The notes under the pieces: generated by a model | Told to the model about the DNA's origin: nothing | Database searches by the model: none | What the model saw: only the letters and a program-made list of their open reading frames with translations | Position numbers and translations under genes: made by a program | DNA from: Lepidodermella squamata | Taxonomy: Eukaryota > Animalia > Gastrotricha | NCBI GenBank assembly: GCA_047495785.1 | Contig: JBLDXI010000032.1 | Span: 1,178,001-1,242,000 of the forward strand | Reading direction: 5' to 3' | Length of the DNA stretch: 64,000 nt | In this document: piece after piece, positions 1-10,069 of the stretch | How the letters are laid out: each line of letters begins with the position of its first letter | Position numbering within the stretch: the stretch's first letter is position 1

Positions 1-340
1 CGGGAATTTCGCCAAAATTCTTCGTCTTCATCATGTAAAGGATGTAGTACAGCCAGTTTGTTCCTTCGGAAAGAAAACACGTAGAAAAGGATGATGGATA
101 TACACCGAATTGCTTACCACTCTTTGGAAAGGTCACTAGAGTAACGTCATCTTTAACGAATGGAAAATTGTAAAATTCATTCCAGATGTATGGAATGTTA
201 GGAAACAGCCAGTGGCCACGGCATTTGATTAGGCAGGGCCCCTGCTTCTGATTGCCCAAAATATCCATACTCTGAGCATATTGAAGAACGTTCAACTCCT
301 GTGGAGGCTTGTCAGTGATGTACTCCTCTCGCTGTTCCAT
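1..340 (-). CDS. Cytosolic sulfotransferase paralog 1, 5' part (runs off the window start); exons 340-118 and 63-1
   Basis: Hand translation MEQREEYITDKPPQEL...WNEFYNFPFVKDDVTLVTFPKSG|TNWL contains the PAPS-binding loop (T[YF]PKSGT.W); intron 64-117 is GTAAG..AAG; closely parallels the gene at 1757. Confidence 0.85.
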   Translation of the reverse strand, partial: MEQREEYITDKPPQELNVLQYAQSMDILGNQKQGPCLIKCRGHWLFPNIPYIWNEFYNFPFVKDDVTLVTFPKSGKQFGVYPSSFSTCFLSEGTNWLYYILYMMKTKNFGEIP

Positions 341-665
341 TTTGCTGTGGGCCAAACTGTGTCGTGTCCTTAAAAACTCAAACGGAGAAAACGCAGTTTG
401 CGCAGCTGTGCTAGGGCCTTTTTCTTATGTGAAAAGTGGTGATAAGAACGTGCTGCTGTCCGGTCTTTTTACTGATATAGCTCGAGTTTGAAAAAACATT
501 CTTGAAAAAAACAGATTGATGGCAGCGATGAGGTCCCTAGGCAGAGCTCTAATATAAGGCAGATAACATGATACCCGAAACCAGGAAATTTTGAAGATAT
601 GCGGGCAGAATTCATGATAGATAACGTGTCATATATTGTTTATTTCTACCACTTTTGCGTATGTA

Positions 666-1757
666 TTATAACCTGGAAAGAAAGGGAAAGAAATTAGAAC
701 GATCCATAATTACTCGTCTTGTGAAATCAACTCAGCCGGAGCATTTCTTGCGATGTAATCTTCAAACTTAGCAAGCAAATCACGGTCAGTGAAGTAATTC
801 CGCCAATCACCGATTTGGCCCTTGCGAATGAACTCAAACTTCTTACCATCAGGCTTAAATGAAAAGTAATTAGGAAGGCGGAGGTTATGATAGAACCGAA
901 ACTATACTTACCCTCTTCATTAGAAATGAGTTGAAGTCATCATTTTGCTTCATTGATTCGAATTTGCTCCTCTCGATAATTTCGTCGATGATTTCTTCCT
1001 TCAAGTCTTCGCCGAGGAATTCGGCAACGCGTTTTATCGTCGACCGTGTCTCTTTCTTCAGCTCCTCGTACTTGACGAACAAAATAGGTCTGCCTTGTTG
1101 TTTCAGCTCCAATATCTCCCTCAAGTGGTTAGGATAAGGCCCCCAGAAAACTTCCCCCTTCAAAAAATATTCTTCGATAAATTGTTCGAACGAAGCATCG
1201 AAAGGCCATGCTGACATGCCGATGTAGTGATGGTACATTGACACGGCAACATCTTTCGGATTTCGCACCAAATATATCACTTTCCCGTTGAATATATTCC
1301 GCGGGAGTAAACACCCTGGCATATGCGAACAAAAAATTCTTGGCGAATCAAGTTGGGCGTAAAATTTCAGTGAATTAGGCGCATGCCGAGTTTCGAGGAG
1401 TGGAAATTTCATGTGGTCCGGAATGCTGCCGAAATTGCCGGTCTTAATCATGTAGATTATGTAATACAACCAGTTGGTACCTGTCGAAATTGATACATAA
1501 ACTGCCCTAGCTTCGATGATCGATTAAAGCTTACCGCTTTTAGGGAAGGTTAATAGGGTCACATCGTCCTTTGCGAAAGGGAAGTTGTACATTTCATTCC
1601 AAATCAATGGAATATTAGGCCAGAGCCAATGGCCTCGTATCAGAACAAGCGGTGGCCCATGTGATTGGTTGCCTAATAGGGCTAAACTCTTGAGGCACTC
1701 AAAATAAGTCATTTCTCGAGGATTTTTGTCCCTTAAGGAGTCTTCTTCCTTGTCCAT
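666..1757 (-). CDS. Cytosolic sulfotransferase paralog 2; exons 1757-1535, 1480-912, 853-714 (possible final micro-exon 672-666)
   Basis: TFPKSG|TNW, YLVRNPKDVAVS (3'-phosphate-binding motif), RKGQIGDWRNYF C-terminal motif; GT-AG introns of 54 and 58 nt keep the frame. Confidence 0.92.
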
Positions 1758-2055
1758 TATCAGCGCTCGAGAAATATGAGATGAAAATTATGACTTCAGT
1801 AAAACCAACGTGTATTATCGCTTAGACAATAGATAAAGGACTAACATGATAGGACTCAAAAGCATTGATAACTTTGTTGCAGAAATTTCGAGCATTAATT
1901 TTCTGTTTTGTTTGCACCAATAGCCAGCTATTTTCTGGAATTCGGAATAGGAATTGTCGATATAATATTATTTTATTCTCGCTCATACAATAGATTTTCA
2001 ACAGAAGCTCAGACTATTTTATTTTAAATTTATTTTCAAATTTTACAGATTTTTT

Positions 2056-2592
2056 TCAGGCAGTGAATTCGACAACATTAGGCTTAGTCGCTTCGAGGTA
2101 GTCCTTAACTTCCATGTTAATCGAATCAGTCAACGAGCCAGCGTTAAAGAAAATTCGTTCCCTGTCCGTTATCGAGGTATCGACGTACATTTCAAACGGC
2201 AAAATCGGTTTGCCAAAAGGAGGGACACAATTCGGTACGAGGCCAGTCAGCTGCTTCAACTCATCAACCGACGCGAATTTGATCTTCTTAACCGTTGTTA
2301 GATCTGGGCAAATTTTCTCCTTGACCTTCTTCAAATCTATTCTCTTCGTAGCGCTGAGGACAAATAGCCGGTAATCGTTGCCAGTTTTCAGCACCATCGC
2401 CTTAGCCCCATTTGCCATATCAGAGCCGTAGATTGCCATGGACTCTTCGGGCGTGCGAGCTAGCTGATGGTGAAGAGCATTAAATTTGATCTGTTTTTCG
2501 TTGAGGAACGCGCAAATTTTGTCGAAGGTCGCCTTCTGAGCCGCAACATCGGCCTCGCTCAGAGTATTAGCAGCCTCACCCGCCGTCGCCAT
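2056..2592 (-). CDS. Intronless YbaK/ProX-type aminoacyl-tRNA trans-editing domain protein (~178 aa)
   Basis: GAKAMVLK (conserved Lys), FAS..EL..LTGL.P.CVPPFG and FNAGSLTDSINM motifs; likely start MATAGEAAN at 2592. Confidence 0.85.
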   Translation of the reverse strand: MATAGEAANTLSEADVAAQKATFDKICAFLNEKQIKFNALHHQLARTPEESMAIYGSDMANGAKAMVLKTGNDYRLFVLSATKRIDLKKVKEKICPDLTTVKKIKFASVDELKQLTGLVPNCVPPFGKPILPFEMYVDTSITDRERIFFNAGSLTDSINMEVKDYLEATKPNVVEFTA

Positions 2593-3097
2593 TAGTTTAT
2601 GGGTTTTTGATAAAAATCTACCAAACAGAGATAGTCTATAGCTAATAGCAGCGAAAATCGTCGTTATCATGGATAAAAATATGGACTTATCTGGCCTCTG
2701 GCCATTCAGTTTTTTTCGTAGTTGTGAGGAGTGAGCACGTGTTCTGGCACGTGTTGCGGCTTGACCTAGTTTCTGGTCCCACAAGACACATTCAATCATG
2801 CCTATTTTCGTCATTTATCGGTCTTCATGATTTTTTGGCGAGATTTGGATATGAATTGTTAAAAATATTTCTCTTGAAACATTTTCAATATAAATTTAAT
2901 CTCGAATTTTCTATCGCAGAGTCATGAATAGAAATAATTAAAGATTAAATTAGTCATCAATTTTTTCTATAGAATGATGCTGTTTATTTATTTGCTTTCA
3001 TAATAGAGGCGAATTAAAGGAAAATTAAGGTGCCAAGTTTCTAATTTTCGTATAAAAAATGTGAAAAATCCAATCCAGAATTTTGGAAAAAATATTA

Positions 3098-3169
3098 AGG
3101 GGACACCCGGGTTTGAACCGGGGACCTCTCGATCTGCAGTCGAATGCTCTACCACTGAGCTATATCCCC
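3098..3169 (-). tRNA. tRNA-Cys(GCA)
   Basis: Reverse complement GGGGATATAGCTCAGTGGTAGAGCATTCGACTGCAGATCGAGAGGTCCCCGGTTCAAACCCGGGTGTCCCCT folds as a cloverleaf, anticodon GCA, U73 discriminator, downstream T6 Pol III terminator. Confidence 0.97.
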
Positions 3170-3652
3170 TCAGATGTTAAGTAGTAAGTCTTTATAGCAC
3201 ATAAAGGACGTGAGAACCACCAGCGGCTGCGTCATTATTTACGGTGTTAATTAACAGTCTATATGTATACTCATATATAGGAAGTCGTGAAATGTAAATA
3301 TGTGGTTATATACTGTAATTTTTATGCCGGTTTCAATTTATACCTCTACTTTTCTAAGTTTCCTTTGGTTTCAACTTAGTAAAAAAAATTGATAGGTAAG
3401 TAAAGAAATCAAAGCAGAATAAAATTAACGCGCGATTTTATTGAGAAACTTGACGGTGCTGCCTTTTTCATACCAGAATCAGTAGAATATAAGTACTAGA
3501 TGAGTCTCATAAACATTGCTGCAATTTAACACACTCAGTGCTTGGTTCGAAGCAATATAAAATATTATGCTCTATACAAGACATTGCGATCGATTTTTTG
3601 CTACACGTATTTTGAATAAGCCTTATAGGTTTTTCCATCTTCGTTATATCGA

Positions 3653-6600
3653 TCAGGCCGACTCGCCTCCCTGTCCACCTGTGTAGCTGTTTTTGATAGC
3701 CCAAGCGAGTTTATCCTCGAAAATAGCAATAATAAGCATGAGACCAAAGCCGATAAGCATGCCGACGTTTTGCCAGGCGAAATATTTCCAAAAATTATCC
3801 GTCACTCGCGTTAATTCAGGCATCTGTAGAAATTGAACAAATTAATTACAAAAATTATTGAAGAAATATTGTTTACCATTTCGGTCAAGGCAACGTAAAT
3901 AAACATTCCCGCTGTAAGGGCGAAAACCCACTGCCGAGTTGAAACGTCAGTCGCGATTCCAAGGCCGATATACAAGCCGACTACAAAAATCTCAATTTGT
4001 TACAATATTTTTGAAAATATGCGGAATATTACCGAAAGCGAGTAGGGTGTGTATAACATTCCAAATTAAGGCGGCTCGCCAGGTCAAACCGGCGGTTAAC
4101 AGTGCAGCAAAATCGCCGACTTCGTGAGGAATTTCGTGGCAAGCGATAGCAATTGAAGTCGACATTCCAGAGACAAGATCTTCTGAAAAAGCAGCGCCTA
4201 AAAATAATAGAAATTTATCCCTAATTCAGAAGAATATTTCTTCAATACCTATCGCGATTCCATCAATCAAATTGTGAATCGCATCGCCCATGATCACCAT
4301 CCAGCCAAAAGCTTTCTTCGGAACACATTCTAAATTAAGGAAATTTTATCAAAATTTAAGGAGGAATTTTCTAATTTTTTACCATGAGCCAGAGTTTTAC
4401 ACAAGTTCCATAGCCCACCGCTGCATGATAGGACGCGAGCCTGCGCGTCCTTTTGGCTCTTCTCAATGACCCTATTGTCGTAGTCCAGCGTGTTAATTGA
4501 ATCTCGCGGCAGATCGGACGAACTTGAATCACGGGGAATAATCGAGGCGAGAGAATCAGCACTCGGCCTCTGATGCAGGGTGTTATGCTCCGGCTGTGCC
4601 CCGATCATATTCATCGCATTCCCGTCAACAGACGCCATAGCTTTGTCAAACGCCTCGCTAACCGAATCGCGGAACACGTTGTCGTTATCCTGATTGGCCG
4701 GTGGGATCATGAAAGTCGGCGATGTTGGCGAGGTGGGTGACTCCTGGCGTGGGGCAGGCGTTTCTGGTACCATGCCCCAGTTGTCGAAAGCAACGCCGTT
4801 TTCAGCAGCAACTATGCCGTTGGGTGTCTGGAATGAAACTGTTGGCAAATGGCTGTGGTCGTGTCCGTGACCGTGGTTGTCATGGCTATGGCCGTGATTT
4901 TTAGCAGCCGCGATTTCACCGATATCCGGAATGTGTGAATGGCCGTGTCCATCCTTTAAAATTTTCATCAATCCAAGTTCCAAGATCTTAAATTTCTTAC
5001 CCCATGGCCATGACCTTGTTTAGCATGGTGTCGGCCGCTAACTAACATCTCGAACCTAAGAATATACATATAATTTGTTGAGGGAAATTTTAGAGAAAAA
5101 TAATTACAAATAAAAAGCGTAAATTGCTGCTAGGGCGACGAGTTGTTTCAGGACGAAATCTTCGACTTGGACGATATCGATGTCATAATTAGCATCGCCA
5201 CTGTGGTCACCGTGAATGGCTAAGGCTTGCGGCAACAAATGTAACAAGGCATCGCCGAGAAGGGTTGCCGTAGAAAGCGCTCTATAGACGAAAAATTGAT
5301 TAAATTTTTGCAAATTTTTATAAATCTTACATCAGACAGCTCATTATATAACGATAATTTTGCCGTTGGGCGGATGGAATGATAAGAAGGAACACCATTG
5401 AAACAAGACTGATTGCGAACACGGCCAAGGTACCAAAACCGAATTCTTAAACAAAATTATGTTCGGAATAGCTTTCGAAATATACTAAAGCTTACTTTGA
5501 TCAACTGAAGGCTGCAATTTGTCAGCTAGTTTTACAGTCGCTGCACTGCATGCCTTCGAAATTTGCTGTTCAATCATGGCTGGGAACATGAGCGTTAGGT
5601 TTTCGTAAGACAATGTATCGTTCACAGTAAATCCGTAGATTTTTAGGATCTGGTCCGATCTGAAGCAATGCTATAGGTATTTAAAAAACATGATTAATTC
5701 GGAATAAAATATTTTTTTAATTTATTTGAACCTTCTCTAGAGTTTGGCTTCGTGAATCCACGCTTCGTTTTTTCCGCGAATGACTATGCCGATCGTGGGA
5801 ATGGTCTGTATGAGACACGGTCTGCGCAGTGCCGATCCCGAGTGATTTCAATAGAGCTTCGAATTCTGAAAAATCGCAAAATAGTCTTGAAACTGCATGT
5901 ATATAAATTCAATATTTTAGCTGAATATTTCAACCCAATATCTTGATAAAAAATTTCAAATGAGGCCACTTTCAAGTTTGACGTTTCCCTTTGAAAATGG
6001 AGTTTGAAAATTCCGATTTTTTTTAATTTCCGAAAGTTCGCGAATTTTGGACTTAAAATTTGATATAATAAATGTGTCTTGAATATTCATTAAAATAACT
6101 TACTGTCAGCGGCCAGGTAACTGGTTTCATTTAATTGAAGAAGAGCTTTGATATTATCTTCGAAATATTCAGGCCCATGGCTTTCCAGTTCAAGTAACTC
6201 CTCATCGTGGTCGTGGTCATGGTCCTCATCTTCGTGCGAATCACCGTCGTTGTAAAACGATTCATCAGAACTCGGCACCAAGGGACATTTCACATCAGGA
6301 ATGTAACCTGAAAAATGATACAGTTTTTTAGAAATTTCAGAAAATTTCAGGAATTTACCCAAGCTAAGGTACAGCAAAGCGTCGATTGCGGCAGAGTCGA
6401 ACATTTCCGCGTGTCCAACCGTTGATTTATGCCTCGTAGTACCGCGCTTGTAATGCCGATGATGGGCAGTATCGTCGCTGTTGAAACAAGCCGCGGCATC
6501 AACCGGCCAGTTCGGCGCCGTCTCGCTCAATAACCGCCGCTGAGCCCGAGATAAACGCTCGACAATCCCAGCAAAATCATCGCCCTTCAACCCATACTCA

Positions 6601-7340
6601 GCCACAGCTTTTTGATGCCACGGTTTCGTCGATTTTTTCGACGATAGTACAAGTTCGATTAGTCGAGCTTTCGTCGATTCTGAGCTGCATTTGAGTAGGC
6701 TTGATAACGAATCCGTTTGAGTCACCTCGTCTAATAGCAACAACCGAACAGTATTCACCGCAACTCGGGCTAAACATTTCGAATCAGCGAATTGATCCAT
6801 CGCAGCGATTTCGTCGCTTTCGTGCGAAACGCCCATGATTGACGTTGCCAACACTTCAACCCAGGTGTTGTTACGGAAAATCGCGTCACTCAAGCATGTC
6901 GATGAAGTTGTGTGTACCCAAGTTTTCAGAGCTCGAACCAGCACCACCTCGACTTTTTTCATCAAAATCGAGCCGCAATTTTTAACCGGAATTGTTTGTT
7001 TTGTCGTCGAGTCGTCATGTTCGTGCCGAGATGACGTAGTTTGCAGGGTGTTTCTTAACGAGTGAACTCGTTCCTGCCGATTGACTGTCGCGATATCTAT
7101 CGCGTTTTCACGCTCGGTTGATTTTTCGAAGGGCCACCGGTTTTTGGCATCTGACGCCTCGTCGTTGTTACTGTGAAAGACTTCGTTAATTTTCGGAACT
7201 TGAATTTTAGCGAAATGTTGAACTGGTTCTTCTAGACTGGTTTCGTTCGCTACAACGGATTCAGTGGCGCTGGTAAGGCAGAGGCATTGAAGCGTGACGA
7301 CGCAGATTAGCAAGCAGGTTGTGCAAAGGCAGTGCGGCAT
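3653..7340 (-). CDS. LIV-1 subfamily ZIP zinc transporter (SLC39A6/10-like), ~12 exons, long His-rich ectodomain
   Basis: Signal peptide MPHCLCTTCLLICVV; LLGDALLHLLP; His-rich loop; IMGDAIHNLIDG; CHEIPHEVGDFA (LIV-1 HEXPHE motif); ends QNVGMLIGFGLMLIIAIFEDKL...GESA*. Confidence 0.93.
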
Positions 7341-9810
7341 TTTATATCGATATCGGTGTCGATGGCTCCGCTCCGATCTAAACCCGCCTTTACACATAAT
7401 TTAAAATCCTAAATTGACGGAAAAATAGTGTCCTAAATATTGCTAGTTTTTTTTAGGACAATCAAGGAACAAGGAATTTTGAAAAATATTTATCAAACTG
7501 CGTGCTGAATGAGTGCTAAAAGGGCGACTTGGAAAGGTTATGCAGGTGCGCCGGTCACGGAATACACAATTTCTTCTTTCAAGGTAACTTATTAAGGGTG
7601 TGAAAGGTCTTTTATTTCGGCGCGAACGCCTCAGAAAAACTACCCATTCGTTATCGAAAATACGATAAGCTATAATGACCAGGTATGAAACAGGTTCGGA
7701 TAACCTGTGTCTGGCACCCTCTGCCATGAGAAGATTAAGCGTAATTAGCAATTAAACAAGCATAGGTAATTTATCGGTAGTGTGATTTTTTTTAAACGCT
7801 CATACCAAAAAAAACCAGGAAACCCGAAAAATATACACGTTTTCTAGGTTGATATAATGTCAGACCTGACTATATAGCAACGACACTGGCATTCCAGTAA
7901 ATACTAGCAAATACTGCCTGCATATATGATGTTGGTATATAGTAGGATATTCATGCAATAATACCAGTAGGGTCAACGTTATTTTCGCTGCTTGAATTGA
8001 GATTGTGGTGGGTAAAAACACAGGTGAAATGAAGATGTAAGCGCTCAGCCGCGGACATGGCGCTCTTGTCGCGAAACGCGCCGCCGCCACATTTGGCTTG
8101 ACGTTTCTAGTGTCTTCCGTGCAGCTCGGACATGTTGATGTACATGGTGCCGTCTCTTAATACCCAGTGGTAATGATATATTAGGCATCACGGAATGCTA
8201 GCTTTAAACAAACCAAAAATGACAATTACACCAGAGTTTATTCGTAGTATTAAATGGTGCTTTGTTGTCATAACTTGTGGTGCAGCTAAAAGGCGTTTTC
8301 CCAACGGCGAATTTCGACAACTCGAATTAATTTATTTTGCCGTTTATACGCACATCTCACCGCTTATAGAGATAAAACGCTGTTTGATTTCAGTCGAAGA
8401 TATTTTGATCAGCAACCTTCCGACATTTTGCAACTTCCAGACAACTAGATGAACCGCAGGCGATATTGATCCTAAAATAATTAATCATTAAAACTTATAA
8501 GAAGGTGCAGCCGATTACATTGGAACACTATCGTCATTATGATCCCGAAAAAGGGTTATTTCAACGTCGTTCAACGTCATAAAAATGGTGATAGTTGAAC
8601 AGTTTTTGAACGAGGCCGAATCATATAGAATTACAACCGAATAAAATGACGTGAAAATCCAAATTAGAGGGTAGCCTCGTTTATCTTGCTGTCAATCATT
8701 CAAACTCATTCACAGGACTGGGGTGCGGAGTATGCCATACGATGTGCATGCCTTGAATGGTGGATATTTTCGCATCTTTTCGGAGATAGAAAATGACGAG
8801 AATAGCGTATGCAGTTACGCCAGCAAATAGTACCTTTTTCACAAACCAATAATCGTTTGATAATAAAAAGTTTCAGGGAGCGATTTTCCTGGCTTTAGCT
8901 TGACAACAGCTGTGCGCAACACCACAGCTTCGATTCTAAGAAAGGAAAAGGAATGGCCTTGATACGGCCTTGATAAGCCAGATATGGCCTTGATTGATTA
9001 GTTTGGCTTAGCGCTTAATTAACCGTGAGTCATTCGTTGCAAACACCCCACTAGCATGTCACTAATGTCTATGTGTTTTCTGTTCGTCATTTCACGAAAC
9101 AAAATCAACACGCAACACGATTTCCTCGAAAAGCAATGATGGCTTAAAAACAACCATGCTTCATTCTGCTTATTCTACTTATCTTGATAGATCTTGGATG
9201 AGATTCATTTCCTGCGCTGCAGTGGAAGACCTGGAATTCAAAAGTATTTTTCACTTTTGAAGTAATTCTGATCAATGAGTTCACGTAGGATGATCTCCGA
9301 AAAAGTTGGACTGAATGAAATGTTTGACTGGCAAGAAACTTTGCTGAATTCCGAGAGGATTGAGACTCCCGAGAACATTCATGGAGCATTTTATCACAAA
9401 TTGTATCAAACAAACAGGCTTGTTTCACGTATTGATTGATTTTTATCGTTATGGATGGATCTTGGTTGTTTGCAGTCTCGCGGCGTCTTGATCAGCATTC
9501 CAGTTTCTGTTGAGTTTCCTGTTTTAAGCCATCTGAAACAATGACACGTTCCACTGTTACATGGAATTCCCATGTAAACGATGTTCTAGAGAGTCAAAAA
9601 TCAATCTATAACTCCTCGTTGAGAACTGAGAATCAGATATCATGGGGTCCGGACTGCGAGTGACGGCTCGTGGGTTGCGCGCTTCGCGGGCCGGAACATG
9701 TCAGGGTTGAAAAAACCCCTGCGGACAAGGCTATTAATTTTTATTAATTTTATTTGTTTGTAGATTATAATTTTATATTCATGCTGATTTTGAATTAAAA
9801 TATTTAAGCA

Positions 9811-9893
9811 GGTGACGTTTGTGCGCAGCAGCGCGTGGCCTGGAAAATGCATCGTCACAGAGGCACACGTCAGCAGAGCAAGCCGGTATTTAA
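9811..9893 (+). promoter_or_regulatory. Putative PDI promoter with UPRE-like ACGT elements and TATA-like box
   Basis: TGACGT at 9813, CACGTCA (TGACGTG on minus) at 9866-9872 and TATTTAA at 9887, upstream of an ER chaperone gene. Confidence 0.4.
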
Positions 9894-10069
9894 GCCTAGA
9901 TCCTTTTATTCATTAATACTTGATGTTTTGTTTCACTAGCAACTGCAACTTGCGTCTGCGTGAAGAGGGATTTAGAAGATGGTTTCTTTCAAGTTTTGAA
10001 CAATTTGAAGAGTCACTTGAAATCATTGCTATTATGTTTATTCTTTAGGACAATCTTCATTTAATCAGA

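Noticed and set aside
666-713. 41-nt intron that would give the sulfotransferase a QDEL end
   Set aside because: Protein has no signal peptide, so a KDEL-like end is probably meaningless; the unspliced form simply ends QDE*
8954-8993. GGCCTTGAT x3, and the paired TGTGACCCC..CGGACTATTTT repeats at ~36203 and ~36455
   Set aside because: Short or irregular repeats typical of TE debris; not a CRISPR-like array, and the context is eukaryotic
9144-9640. Short ORFs between ZIP and PDI
   Set aside because: No recognisable motifs or consistent splice structure in any frame
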